From an uncultured Bacilli bacterium (GTDB lineage Bacteria > Bacillota_I > Bacilli_A > RFN20 > CAG-449), in contig CANQCZ010000004.1 in assembly GCA_947591215.1 (NCBI GenBank), positions 1,770 through 65,769 on the forward strand: 64,000 nt of DNA, written 5' to 3'. The notes under the pieces are model-generated. The model was not told the DNA's origin, did not search any database, and worked only from the letters and a program-made list of their open reading frames with translations. Each line of letters begins with the position of its first letter. Position 1 is the stretch's first letter. A program made the translations under genes and the position numbers. Positions 42,451-51,899 of this stretch are shown one piece after another.

Positions 42451-42825
42451 TTATAAGACCTCAGGTGCTAAGGAAATAATTTTCATAAATCCTTCACCTT
42501 TGTCACGAAGTTCACGGGCGATGGGCCCAAAAACTCTCGTACCGCGAGGAGATCCGTCATCGTTAATTAAAACGATCGCATTATCATCAAAGCGGACATA
42601 GGAACCATCTGGTCTGTTGATACCTTTTTTTGTTCTGACAATGACGCCTTTTACGACATCACCCTTCTTGATCTTACCGTTTGGAATGGCAGATTTAACT
42701 GCACATAGAACGATATCGCCGATCGAAGAAGATTTGCGGTGACTTCCGCCATACAAACGGAAGATACGAACCGATTTGGCACCCGAATTGTCGGCTACCA
42801 CTAAATTTGTTTCAGTTTGAACCAT
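42451..42825 (-). CDS. rplN: 50S ribosomal protein L14
   Basis: [14 protein letters not shown]...GPIARELR. Confidence 0.95.
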   Translation of the reverse strand: MVQTETNLVVADNSGAKSVRIFRLYGGSHRKSSSIGDIVLCAVKSAIPNGKIKKGDVVKGVIVRTKKGINRPDGSYVRFDDNAIVLINDDGSPRGTRVFGPIARELRDKGEGFMKIISLAPEVL

Positions 42826-42843
42826 ATTCGTAAATCCTCCCCC

Positions 42844-43110
42844 TTATTTAACTTCTTCAGCTTTAGCGACTACTTTCAATAAACGGAAGCGTTTAGTTGC
42901 GGAAAGCGGACGGGTTTCCATAATGGTAACAACATCTCCCATCTTCGCTTCGTTTTGTTCATCGTGAGCTTTGTATTTCTTTGAATATTTAACACGTTTA
43001 CCATACATCGGATGGCGTTTATGAGTTTCGACCAAAACCGTGATGGTTTTATCCATTTTATCGGAGACAACTACACCTTGTAGGACTCTTCTTGAATTTC
43101 TTTCTTCCAT
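42844..43110 (-). CDS. rpsQ: 30S ribosomal protein S17
   Basis: [22 protein letters not shown]...HDE. Confidence 0.95.
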   Translation of the reverse strand: MEERNSRRVLQGVVVSDKMDKTITVLVETHKRHPMYGKRVKYSKKYKAHDEQNEAKMGDVVTIMETRPLSATKRFRLLKVVAKAEEVK

Positions 43111-43124
43111 GATTTAGTTCCTCC

Positions 43125-43322
43125 TTAATTTAATCCTAATTCCCGCTCTTTAAGCACCGTGTAAATGCGAGCGATTGTTTTACGCATTTCAGTAATTTTC
43201 TTGCCTTTATCGAGTTGCCCTGTCGCGTGTTGGAAACGAAGTGTGAGCAACTCTTGTTTTAATTCATAAGCTTTTTCGTTGAGTTCTTCAGTTGAAAGTT
43301 CTCTGATTTCACTTAATTTCAT
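43125..43322 (-). CDS. rpmC: 50S ribosomal protein L29
   Basis: [23 protein letters not shown]. Confidence 0.93.
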   Translation of the reverse strand: MKLSEIRELSTEELNEKAYELKQELLTLRFQHATGQLDKGKKITEMRKTIARIYTVLKERELGLN

Positions 43323-43324
43323 AA

Positions 43325-43741
43325 CTACTCACCCTTTCCTTTCGCGATAATGCGAGTTTTAATCGGAAGTTTGTAACTTGCTAAGCGTAAAGCTTCACGA
43401 GCAACTTCTTCTGGAACACCGCCGATTTCAAACATCACACGACCAGTTTTAACGATTGCAACCCAAGAATCTGGGCTACCTTTACCAGAACCCATACGAA
43501 CTTCTGCAGGTTTCTTGGTTTTTGCTAAATGTGGGAAGATTCTAATCCAAATCTGCCCGGTTCTTTTAGTGTAACGAGATAACACAATACGCGCCGCTTC
43601 AATTTGACGGGAGTTAATCTCGTTACCGGAGATAGCTTGGAGACCGAATTCACCGAATGATACTTCATTACCGGCTTTTGACAAGCCTTCGTATTTGATT
43701 CCATGAGGTCTTCTGTATTTAACTCTCTTTGGTTGTAACAT
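43325..43741 (-). CDS. rplP: 50S ribosomal protein L16
   Basis: [11 protein letters not shown]...RMGSGKGSP. Confidence 0.95.
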   Translation of the reverse strand: MLQPKRVKYRRPHGIKYEGLSKAGNEVSFGEFGLQAISGNEINSRQIEAARIVLSRYTKRTGQIWIRIFPHLAKTKKPAEVRMGSGKGSPDSWVAIVKTGRVMFEIGGVPEEVAREALRLASYKLPIKTRIIAKGKGE

Positions 43742-43747
43742 TTGGAA

Positions 43748-44437
43748 TTACTCTCCTTTCTTTTCTTCTTTCTTTTCTTCGGGTTTAGCTTTCAAATTGA
43801 CAACCCCGCGGGAGATCCAAACTTTACAGCCTAATCTTCCGTATGTGGTATGAGCTTCAGCCAAAGCATAATCGACATCTTGACGTAAGGTATGCAAAGA
43901 AACGACTCCTTCTTTGTAACCTTCACTACGTGCGATATCAGCACCGGCCAAACGTCCCGAAACCATCGTCTTACATCCGACAGCACCCGCTTTAAGAACT
44001 CTTTGAATCGCTTTCTTTTGAACATTTCTGAACGAAGCACGATCTTCGAGTTGTTTAGCGATATCTTGAGCGATAATATTAGCGTCTAAAGAAGGATTTT
44101 TCACTTCGACAACGACTAATTTAACATCTTTCTTAACTTTTTTGTCTTTATTGACTAATTTATTAACCGCTTTATTTAACTCTTTAATTCTTGCTCCATC
44201 TTGACCAAGAACCATTCCAGGACGTGCTGTGAAAATCATCGCATTGATGGTTTCTTTAATTCTTTCAATCTCAATGTGAGAAAGCAATGAATCTTTCAAT
44301 TGTGCAGTCAAATACTTTCTGATTTGGATATCTTCTTTTAAGAAAGCAGCATAATCTTTTTTGTTAGCATACCATCTAGAATTCCAATCACGGCTAATGC
44401 CGATTCTCATTCCTACTGGATTAACTTTTTGTCCCAT
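43748..44437 (-). CDS. rpsC: 30S ribosomal protein S3
   Basis: MGQKVNPVGMRIGISRDWNSRWYA. Confidence 0.95.
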   Translation of the reverse strand: MGQKVNPVGMRIGISRDWNSRWYANKKDYAAFLKEDIQIRKYLTAQLKDSLLSHIEIERIKETINAMIFTARPGMVLGQDGARIKELNKAVNKLVNKDKKVKKDVKLVVVEVKNPSLDANIIAQDIAKQLEDRASFRNVQKKAIQRVLKAGAVGCKTMVSGRLAGADIARSEGYKEGVVSLHTLRQDVDYALAEAHTTYGRLGCKVWISRGVVNLKAKPEEKKEEKKGE

Positions 44438-44445
44438 ATGCTCTC

Positions 44446-44778
44446 CTACCTTTCTTTAACCACACAAGTGATGTGGCAAGTTCTTTTAACAAGTGATGAA
44501 GCAGATCCCTTCGCGCGAGGAAGAAATCTTTTAAGACGTGGTCCATCACCAGCGTAAATTTCGGCGATGTAGAGCTTTGATTCATCCATCTTATTGTTAT
44601 TAACTGCGTTTGCAGCAGCGCTTTTTATTAATTTGACAACAGGTGTAGTTGCCGACTTATTGACATTGGCTAAAATTCCAAGAGCTTCAGCAACATCCTT
44701 GCCTCTTACAAGGTCAATTACCAAGCGAGCTTTTCTTGGAGTAACGCGAACTCCAGTAACTTTTGCGATAGCTTGCAT
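44446..44778 (-). CDS. rplV: 50S ribosomal protein L22
   Basis: RVTPRKARLVIDLVRGK...PRAKGSA. Confidence 0.95.
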   Translation of the reverse strand: MQAIAKVTGVRVTPRKARLVIDLVRGKDVAEALGILANVNKSATTPVVKLIKSAAANAVNNNKMDESKLYIAEIYAGDGPRLKRFLPRAKGSASSLVKRTCHITCVVKER

Positions 44779-44783
44779 TCTAA

Positions 44784-45080
44784 TTACCTCCGAGCGGCCG
44801 CGGCTGCTTTATCTTCAGCAGTGTGACCGGTATGTCCTTTGTAGGTACGAGTAGGAGCAAATTCTCCTAACTTATGTCCTACCATATCTTCCGTCACATA
44901 AACGGTGATAAATTCATGACCATTATAAACAGCGAAAGAGTGTTCGATGAATTGTGGGAAGATAGTTGATCTACGTGACCAAGTTTTGATCAACTCTTTT
45001 TTGTTAGCTGCATTAAGGGCTTCCACTTTCTTCATTAAATGTTCATCAACGAAGGGACCCTTTTTTAAACTACGTGCCAT
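44784..45080 (-). CDS. rpsS: 30S ribosomal protein S19
   Basis: [15 protein letters not shown]...[11 protein letters not shown]. Confidence 0.95.
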   Translation of the reverse strand: MARSLKKGPFVDEHLMKKVEALNAANKKELIKTWSRRSTIFPQFIEHSFAVYNGHEFITVYVTEDMVGHKLGEFAPTRTYKGHTGHTAEDKAAAAARR

Positions 45081-45100
45081 ATTTCCTTTCCTCTCTTTCT

Positions 45101-45934
45101 CTATTTACCATTACGTCTTCTGACGATTAATTTATTGCTGGCTTTCTTAGTGTCGCGAGTCTTAACACCAAGAGCTTTCTTACCCCACGGAGTACGTGGC
45201 GCGCTGCGTCCGACAGGTGACTTACCTTCTCCACCACCGTGCGGGTGATCATTCGGATTCATGACAGAACCACGAACAGTCGGGCGAACACCTAACCATC
45301 TTGATTTACCAGCCTTGCCGAAATTAATCAAATTGTAATCTTCATTTCCGACAACGCCGATAGTCGCACGACATTTGGCTAAAATTTTTCTTACTTCCCC
45401 AGAAGCAAGACGAACCAAAACGTATTTTCCTTCTTTACCAAGAACTTGTGCAGAAGTTCCAGCAGCGCGGCAAAGTTGTCCGCCTTTACCTGGTGAAAGT
45501 TCCACATTGTGAACCGTAGTACCTTCTGGAATATTTCCTAATTCTAATGCGTTACCTACTTTGATGTCGACTTCTTCGCCAGAAACGATAGTATCTCCAA
45601 CCTCCAATCCTTTTGGAGCTAAAATATATCTTTTTTCGCCATCTACATAATCAATTAAGCAGATGTTAGCATTTCTATTCGGATCGTATTCGACCGTTTT
45701 AACTTTGCCTGGAATACCATCTTTATTTCTTTTGAAATCGATGATTCGATATTTTCTTTTATGACCACCGCCGATATGGCGAGTCGTAATCATTCCAGTA
45801 TTATTACGACCTCCAGTTTTTGAAAGTGAAACTAATAAGCTTTTCTCAGGAGTACTAGTAGTAATTTCGCTAAACGTAGAGTTAGTCATATGACGACGTG
45901 ATGGTGTCGTCGGCTTATAACTTCTAATTGGCAT
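45101..45934 (-). CDS. rplB: 50S ribosomal protein L2
   Basis: GGGHKRKYR...HPHGGGEG. Confidence 0.96.
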   Translation of the reverse strand: MPIRSYKPTTPSRRHMTNSTFSEITTSTPEKSLLVSLSKTGGRNNTGMITTRHIGGGHKRKYRIIDFKRNKDGIPGKVKTVEYDPNRNANICLIDYVDGEKRYILAPKGLEVGDTIVSGEEVDIKVGNALELGNIPEGTTVHNVELSPGKGGQLCRAAGTSAQVLGKEGKYVLVRLASGEVRKILAKCRATIGVVGNEDYNLINFGKAGKSRWLGVRPTVRGSVMNPNDHPHGGGEGKSPVGRSAPRTPWGKKALGVKTRDTKKASNKLIVRRRNGK

Positions 45935-45977
45935 ATTTTTTTCTCCTATATTTTATTCTTAATTCGCCTCATTTGGG

Positions 45978-46325
45978 CTATGCACTGAGGACATCGAGGT
46001 TTTCGCTTGGATCAAGAGTTACAATCGCTTTCTTATATCCGCTGACATTACCTTCATAACGTCCGACTCTCTTGGCTTTCGGAGCCACATTCATGACTTT
46101 TACATCAATGACTTTAACATTGAAGATCGCTTCAAACGCAATTTTGATTTGCGCCTTATTAGCATCTTTTTTGACAACAACAGTAATTTTCTTTTGTTCT
46201 TTTTGAAGATTCATCGTCTTTTCGGTGACAATCGGTTTGATAATCACATCGAAGTCTTCGGCTTTAGGTGCCGCAAATTTTCTTTCTTCAACGACTTCTT
46301 CAACAGCTTTCTTTGCTCTTGCCAT
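45978..46325 (-). CDS. rplW: 50S ribosomal protein L23 with a roughly 20-aa charged N-terminal extension
   Basis: Core sequence DVIIKPIVTEKTMNL...KKAIVTL, preceded by MARAKKAVEEVVEERKFAAPKAE. Confidence 0.92.
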   Translation of the reverse strand: MARAKKAVEEVVEERKFAAPKAEDFDVIIKPIVTEKTMNLQKEQKKITVVVKKDANKAQIKIAFEAIFNVKVIDVKVMNVAPKAKRVGRYEGNVSGYKKAIVTLDPSENLDVLSA

Positions 46326-46969
46326 TATTTGAGCACCTCCTCAACTGCTTTAATCGCTTCTAAAGTCATCACTAAACTTTGTGTATTTAGGATATCGTAA
46401 ACACTTAAATTGTCGATTCCGGTTACGATAACACCTGGAATATTGCGGCTAGAAGCAACGAGGTTATCGTTATCTTCCGCGATTACAATCAAAGATTTAG
46501 TTTTCATATTGACTTTTTGCATTACTTCAACCATCGATTTTGTCTTTGGGGTTTCAAAATTGAAGGCATCGACTACGATTAAATCTTTTTCTGCTACTTT
46601 CATCGACAAAGCTGATCTCAATGCAACATCATGAGCTTTTTTATTCATCGATAATTTAAAATTTTGATTACCTTTAGGACCAAATACGATTCCACCATGT
46701 CTCCATAATGGGGAACGAGTTGAACCCGCTCTTGCACGTCCGGTTCCTTTTTGCCGGAATGGTTTTTTACCGCCGCCAGAAACTTCAGCTCTGGTTTTTG
46801 TTTTTGCTGTCGCTTGACGCATATTGGCTTGATAAACCTGAACGGCGTCGAACATTACTTGGTTGTTAACTTCGCAAGCGAACACTTCACCGCTTAAGCT
46901 AACTTTGTTAACTTCTTCACCGGTTTGATTAACGACCGGCAAAGTAACTTTATTTGCCTTTTCTGCCAT
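46325..46969 (-). CDS. rplD: 50S ribosomal protein L4
   Basis: SGGGKKPFRQKGTGRARAGSTRSPLWRHGG. Confidence 0.95.
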   Translation of the reverse strand: MAEKANKVTLPVVNQTGEEVNKVSLSGEVFACEVNNQVMFDAVQVYQANMRQATAKTKTRAEVSGGGKKPFRQKGTGRARAGSTRSPLWRHGGIVFGPKGNQNFKLSMNKKAHDVALRSALSMKVAEKDLIVVDAFNFETPKTKSMVEVMQKVNMKTKSLIVIAEDNDNLVASSRNIPGVIVTGIDNLSVYDILNTQSLVMTLEAIKAVEEVLK

Positions 46970-46997
46970 TGTTATTTCTCCTTTCCGTTACAGGCTA

Positions 46998-47687
46998 TTA
47001 ATTATTTTCACTGCCGGAAGCAGCATAATTGACAAGTTCGTGAACTTTTTCGACATTTTTTTGTGTCTTAACGGCGCTTCTTAAAGTCACGATTGATTTC
47101 TTAGCTCCAGGGACTGCACCTTTCACTAAAATGGCGTTCTTTTCAGCATCGACTGCAACAACGAGCAAATTAAGAATCGTCGCGCTTTGATTGCCGTGAT
47201 GACCGGCCATTTTCTTACCCGGATGTACGCGGTTATTACATCTACCGTTGGTAGCAAAGGAACCGGGACCTCTATGATATCCTGAACCATGACCTTTTGG
47301 ACCTATCGTGTAGTGATAACGTTTAATCGCGCCAGTAAATCCTTTACCTTTGCTGATGCCGATTACATCGATGATGTCACCCGCTTTAAAAATATCAGCT
47401 TTGATTTCTTCACCGACCCCATATTTCATCTCATCACCGGTTAATTCTTTAAGTTCATACTTCGGGGTAACGCCGGCTTTTTTAAAAATTCCTAACTCTG
47501 CTTTATTGCAACGTTGTTCTTTTTTATCTTCATAGCCAACTTGAATCGCATCATATCCATCTTTTTCTTTGGTTTTTACTTGTGTTACCACATTTGGTAA
47601 CACTTCAATAACGGTAACAGGATACATTTTACCATCTTTACCGAACACTTGGGTCATCCCCATTTTACGTCCTACGATTGATTTCAT
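46998..47687 (-). CDS. rplC: 50S ribosomal protein L3
   Basis: MKSIVGRKMGMTQVF.... Start at 47687, preceded by AAGGAGG. The track ORF extends 14 codons further upstream. Confidence 0.95.
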   Translation of the reverse strand: MKSIVGRKMGMTQVFGKDGKMYPVTVIEVLPNVVTQVKTKEKDGYDAIQVGYEDKKEQRCNKAELGIFKKAGVTPKYELKELTGDEMKYGVGEEIKADIFKAGDIIDVIGISKGKGFTGAIKRYHYTIGPKGHGSGYHRGPGSFATNGRCNNRVHPGKKMAGHHGNQSATILNLLVVAVDAEKNAILVKGAVPGAKKSIVTLRSAVKTQKNVEKVHELVNYAASGSENN

Positions 47688-47700
47688 CGTTCCTGCCTCC

Positions 47701-48012
47701 TTATAACTTAATTTCGATATCGACACCACTTGGCAAATCCAAACGAGTTAAAGTATCGATGGTTTGCTTTGTTGGATTGATGATATCGATTAATCTCTTA
47801 TGTGTTCTAATTTCGAACTGTTCTCTTGCATCCTTGTATTTGTGGACTGCTCTTAAAATTGTGTATACTTGCTTTTCCGTTGGAAGCGGTACAGGTCCGA
47901 CAACAGATGCTCCGGTATTTTTCGCTGCTTGAACGATCTTCGAAACGGAAAGATCGAGAATGTTGTGATCGTAAGCTTTTAAGCGAATTCTAATCTTTTT
48001 ACTTTTTGCCAT
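47701..48012 (-). CDS. rpsJ: 30S ribosomal protein S10
   Basis: [16 protein letters not shown]...[11 protein letters not shown]. Start at 48012, preceded by AAGGAGG. Confidence 0.95.
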   Translation of the reverse strand: MAKSKKIRIRLKAYDHNILDLSVSKIVQAAKNTGASVVGPVPLPTEKQVYTILRAVHKYKDAREQFEIRTHKRLIDIINPTKQTIDTLTRLDLPSGVDIEIKL

Positions 48013-48143
48013 AATTTCCTCCTTGTCTAAATCTTGGCTAGACATTACGCTCGGTGGAAGTTACCTATTTCAACGACAACGATTGTCGGTGTTTAGCAAT
48101 CTTTCACTTCAACGCGTGCAGTATAAAAAGCGTCGACTTTGGC

Positions 48144-48173
48144 ATTATACAAAACTTTATACGCTATAGTCAA
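48144..48173 (-). promoter_or_regulatory. sigma-A-type promoter of the S10 operon
   Basis: Minus strand: TTGACT-18 nt-TATAAT, with TG immediately 5' of the -10 element. This gives a leader of about 125 nt that contains a CGACAA-tcg-TTGTCG hairpin. Confidence 0.6.
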
Positions 48174-48328
48174 CAAGATTTTTGATTTTTGTAATAAAGT
48201 TGTAAATTTTAATTAAGCTTTTTAATAGGCGTTTCTAAATAGGCATAAAAATGCACATAATTTTTTTAATTACTATATCCTTATTAAAAAGAACCGCCAG
48301 TTAAATTCACCACACATTTTAATATTTT

Positions 48329-48357
48329 TTGATTTTTCATTGAATAGTAAGTATAAT
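48329..48357 (+). promoter_or_regulatory. candidate promoter of the apbE cluster
   Basis: TTGATT-17 nt-TATAAT, 15 nt upstream of the first ATG. Confidence 0.5.
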
Positions 48358-48371
48358 CTAGTCGAGGTGAC

Positions 48372-49724
48372 ATGACAAAGATGAAAAGAATTTTAACTAT
48401 TATATGTTCCCTTATCATGACTTGCGTTTTAGGAGCATGCCAAAAAGATTATGATCCTCACCCAGATTATACTCCAAGTTCTTTTTGCTCAAGTGAAAGT
48501 TCTTCTCTTCATTCTTCTAAAGCGAAGGTTATTAATGTGTGTGCCACAAGTCAAACAAAAATTTTGAATCATAATAAGTCCCATTCATCCAATCCATTTG
48601 ATACTTTGATTTATTTAAGATACGATGCATCAATCACGACACAAGAGCTTATGCAAATAGAAAATATTATTGGAAACACTTTAATACGTTTGCATAAAAT
48701 TGCCGATAGAAATTATTATTATACTGCTGATAATAGCGAAACTTTAATTAATAATATCAAAGTCATAAATGATTCTTATGGAACAAACAAGATTATTGAA
48801 AATGTTGACGATGATCTTTTAAATATGCTTGAAATGGCACTAGATGCAACTAAGAAAGGCAACAATAAATTTAATCCTTTTGTTGGCGAACTTTCTGATT
48901 ATTGGGATTCAATTATTGATGATAGCGATCATTTTAATGATCCTCTTAACACCGATAATCCTAATCGAGAAGATTCTTTAAAAAAGATTAATGAATTAGT
49001 CGCCAGTATTCCTACTTATGAAGAAATTATCGAAAATAAAATATTAGAAATCGATCACGTTCATAAAACCGTAAAATTCAATAAATTTAAAAATGTCGAC
49101 AAATTATCTTTGACTTTAGGCGGAATTGCTAAAGGATATGCAATTGATGTTTTAGCTAAGAATTTAATTGCTGAAGGATTTAACAAAGGTCTTATCAATG
49201 GTGGCACTAGTTCTTTAGAATCTTTAGGAGATGCAACTTTTACCGACGCTTGGTATATCGCACCGCAAAATCCAAATACTTTTAACAATTACTACAGTTT
49301 TGATGCCGATAAAAACTATATTGGTAACGTTAAATTGAACGGAGTTTTTAATGTTTCTACTTCCGGAGATGTAGAACGTGGTTATTATTTTATTAATCCT
49401 AATGATTCGACTGTCATTAGACGTAGACATCACATTGTAAATACTGATACCGGAATCCCAAGCAACTATTATCGCACTGTCACCCTTTTTTCAAGCGACA
49501 TTGATGCCGGTTATTTAGATGCGTATTCAACTATAGTTTTCAATATGCCTTTTGATGAAGCAAAAGCTTTTATCAAAAAAATTCGTGAAACGAATGATTT
49601 ACATGCAATCTTCATTCAAGAAAACGTTCAAGATATTAATAGTGTTTTGATTGATCAAGAACTATATCAACATTATAGTAATAATCAAAATTTAAATCTT
49701 CAGGTAGAAACTTATGAAGTTTAA
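48372..49724 (+). CDS. apbE: FAD:protein FMN transferase (ApbE family) lipoprotein with a long N-terminal linker
   Basis: Lipobox VLGAC. ApbE signature LSLTLGGIAKGYAIDV. About 130 residues after the lipobox are not recognisably ApbE-like. The start may instead be the second ATG at 48381, which has better spacing from GAGGTG. Confidence 0.8.
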   Translation: MTKMKRILTIICSLIMTCVLGACQKDYDPHPDYTPSSFCSSESSSLHSSKAKVINVCATSQTKILNHNKSHSSNPFDTLIYLRYDASITTQELMQIENIIGNTLIRLHKIADRNYYYTADNSETLINNIKVINDSYGTNKIIENVDDDLLNMLEMALDATKKGNNKFNPFVGELSDYWDSIIDDSDHFNDPLNTDNPNREDSLKKINELVASIPTYEEIIENKILEIDHVHKTVKFNKFKNVDKLSLTLGGIAKGYAIDVLAKNLIAEGFNKGLINGGTSSLESLGDATFTDAWYIAPQNPNTFNNYYSFDADKNYIGNVKLNGVFNVSTSGDVERGYYFINPNDSTVIRRRHHIVNTDTGIPSNYYRTVTLFSSDIDAGYLDAYSTIVFNMPFDEAKAFIKKIRETNDLHAIFIQENVQDINSVLIDQELYQHYSNNQNLNLQVETYEV

Positions 49725-50160
49725 AACTAAATTCAGCAAAGTTGATATCTTTTTTATTCCTATAGTCTTAATCGCATCTTTAATTCTTTCACTAGTGGTT
49801 TTTTTTGGCAATAGCGATACTCCAAGTGCCGTTTGTGTTTATGTTCAAGGCAAATTAGAATATAGTGAAAAACTTCCCGTCACAAAAAAAATTTATTTAT
49901 ATAAGACTGAAGAATCTGCAAAACAACATGGAGAAAACAAATGGTTTGACTGTTTGCAAGCGGATATGACGATTGAAATCGACGGACGTTCTGTGCGAGT
50001 TGAAAAAGAACAATCCCCACGTCATATTTGTTCACAACGCGGTTGGTTTACGACTCCTAACCTTCCGGTTTTGTGTGAACCTAATTCAGTATTAGTAATC
50101 ATTGAAAGTAGAGAAGATAATGATTTTATCGTACCGATTGGGGTGAAATTCAATGGGTAG
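49714..50160 (+). CDS. NusG domain II (DUF1312)-containing membrane-anchored protein
   Basis: N-terminal TM segment. The SPRHICSQRGWFTTPNLPVLCEPNSVLVII region matches the conserved Cys pattern of the NusG_II family. Overlaps both neighbours. Confidence 0.7.
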   Translation: MKFKTKFSKVDIFFIPIVLIASLILSLVVFFGNSDTPSAVCVYVQGKLEYSEKLPVTKKIYLYKTEESAKQHGENKWFDCLQADMTIEIDGRSVRVEKEQSPRHICSQRGWFTTPNLPVLCEPNSVLVIIESREDNDFIVPIGVKFNG

Positions 50161-50674
50161 TTCAAAACAAATCAGACGAATCACCACCCTAGCGATGTTT
50201 CTGGCTTTATCGGTTCTTCTCCATTATTTAGAATCATTACTCCCGGTCATCGTACCTATACCTGGTGTTAAACTTGGTTTAGCCAATACCATGGGATTAA
50301 TTGTCTTATACTTTTTTAATCGAAGAGATTTTGTCGCTATCGGTTTTTTAAGAGTGATGCTTGTCGGTCTTTTAACTACCGGTATTTTCACAAGCGGATT
50401 TTTTATTTCCTTTTCGGGATGGCTTTTATCTACTTTAATAGTATTGTTACTTTCTAATTTTAAATTTTTCAGTATTTATAGCCTATCTGCATGTTCTGCA
50501 ATTTTTCATGGTATTGGTCAAGTTGCTTGTTCCGCAATCCTATATTCTTCAATTTACATGATGGCATACACACCTATTATCGTTTTAAGCGGACTTATAA
50601 CCGGAATTTTAGTCGCTTTTTTATCTTCTCTCTTGATAAATCAATTGGAAAAAACAAAATTATTTATTAATTAA
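50153..50674 (+). CDS. Gx transporter family protein (heptaprenyl-diphosphate-synthase-component-I-like, PF07456-like)
   Basis: Five TM segments and the GVKLGLANTMGLIVLYFF motif. This family usually partners with NusG_II proteins. Confidence 0.7.
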   Translation: MGSSKQIRRITTLAMFLALSVLLHYLESLLPVIVPIPGVKLGLANTMGLIVLYFFNRRDFVAIGFLRVMLVGLLTTGIFTSGFFISFSGWLLSTLIVLLLSNFKFFSIYSLSACSAIFHGIGQVACSAILYSSIYMMAYTPIIVLSGLITGILVAFLSSLLINQLEKTKLFIN

Positions 50675-50701
50675 AAATTTTTGATTTTAATTTTAAATTT
50701 G

Positions 50702-50730
50702 TTTACAAACTAATATTATCTATATAAAAT
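50702..50730 (+). promoter_or_regulatory. candidate promoter of the two-domain lipoprotein gene
   Basis: TTTACA-17 nt-TAAAAT, followed by a strong AAGGAGG RBS. Confidence 0.5.
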
Positions 50731-50762
50731 ATAGACGCATTCATTAAGGAGGAAATATTTTA

Positions 50763-51839
50763 ATGAAGAAGAATGTATTATGTGCTTTAGCACTCTTAGG
50801 AGTCGTCGGAACTCTTGCTTCATGTGGTGGAAATGAAGGCGAACCCTCATCAAATGGTGGAGCATCTTCTAATTCTACTAACGGAGGTACTAGTACTGCT
50901 TACAAATTAGGTTTAGGACAAGCGATTAGTCTTACAAAAGGAGACGATGATATCATAACTCAAATTGATATCACCTTTGCTTCTGTGGTTTACCAAGGCG
51001 AAAAAGTTGTTAGCACCTACATCGATGTAGTACAACTCCCAATCGTCTACACTGCTGCGGACGGTGATACTGAAGAAAGTTACGCTTACAAAGACACTGC
51101 AAATCAAGTCAAAAACGCTGGAGATAAAAACGTTGAGACTAAAAAGGAACTTAAAGAGCGTTATGGTATGTCAGTTATCCCAGGTGTTACAGAATGGTAT
51201 GTCCAAGCTGGTAAATTTGAAGATTGGGCTACCGGTAAAAATTTCAACGATTTAACTGTTACCAAAGGCGAAGTAGACGATAACCATAGTGAAGAATGGA
51301 CTAATAACGTCACTGGTTGTACTATTTTAGTTGACGATTTCGTCACCGCGATGAAAAACGCCAAAAATCACAGCGTTGATTTTACTTCAGATGAAGCTCC
51401 AAAAGCTGGTGTCGGTGTTCTTGTCGGTGCTGCCGGTAGTCAAATTGATGTCAACTTTGCTTCAGTTGCTAACGTTGGAAACAAGGCTGCCGCAAGTGTT
51501 GTCGATGTTTATCAAATTCCTTTAAAAGAAGGAGTTTTAGATGCTGATAACAAGGCCGTTAAAAACAAATTAGACGGTACCGAATTTGCTTCTAAGTTTG
51601 AACTTAAGGAAAACTATGGTATGTCAGTTATCCCAGGTGTTACAGAATGGTATGTCCAAGCTGAAAAATTCCAAGAATGGGCTATGGGAAAAACTTCCGA
51701 AGAATTAAATGGCTTTACCGTCGGTCAACCAGACGATAGTCATAGTGAAGAATGGACTAACAATATCACTGGTTGTACTATGTCAGTCGGAGATTTTGTT
51801 GCTGCTATTCAAGAAGGCATGACCAACAAAAGAGCTTAA
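50763..51839 (+). CDS. lipoprotein with two tandem FMN_bind-like domains (PplA-like candidate flavoprotein)
   Basis: Lipobox TLASCGG. An internal duplication of about 150 aa, with each copy ending in ...YGMSVIPGVTEWYVQA...HSEEWTNN(V/I)TGCT.... The TGCT aligns with the SGAT flavinylation motif of FMN_bind domains. Confidence 0.7.
   Translation: MKKNVLCALALLGVVGTLASCGGNEGEPSSNGGASSNSTNGGTSTAYKLGLGQAISLTKGDDDIITQIDITFASVVYQGEKVVSTYIDVVQLPIVYTAADGDTEESYAYKDTANQVKNAGDKNVETKKELKERYGMSVIPGVTEWYVQAGKFEDWATGKNFNDLTVTKGEVDDNHSEEWTNNVTGCTILVDDFVTAMKNAKNHSVDFTSDEAPKAGVGVLVGAAGSQIDVNFASVANVGNKAAASVVDVYQIPLKEGVLDADNKAVKNKLDGTEFASKFELKENYGMSVIPGVTEWYVQAEKFQEWAMGKTSEELNGFTVGQPDDSHSEEWTNNITGCTMSVGDFVAAIQEGMTNKRA
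51162..51210 (+). repeat. 49-nt exact direct repeat, copy 1 (inside the lipoprotein gene)
   Basis: tatggtatgtcagttatcccaggtgttacagaatggtatgtccaagctg is identical to 51615-51663. Confidence 0.9.
51615..51663 (+). repeat. 49-nt exact direct repeat, copy 2
   Basis: Identical to 51162-51210. The flanking codons have diverged. Confidence 0.9.
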
Positions 51840-51869
51840 TTAAAATTAATTAATTTGCTTAAAAAAATT

Positions 51870-51899
51870 AGGTGTGGCTTTATCGCTACACCTTTTTTG
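51870..51899 (+). terminator. rho-independent terminator after the lipoprotein gene
   Basis: AGGTGTGG-ctttatcg-CTACACCT followed by TTTTTTG. Confidence 0.7.

Noticed and set aside
39035-44089. Alternative-frame ORFs of 60-70 aa within ribosomal protein genes (39035-39226, 39664-39870, 40306-40905, 42136-42339, 42876-43070, 43831-44040, 43892-44089).
   Set aside because: They overlap highly conserved ribosomal genes and have no independent start signals. They are by-products of biased codon composition.
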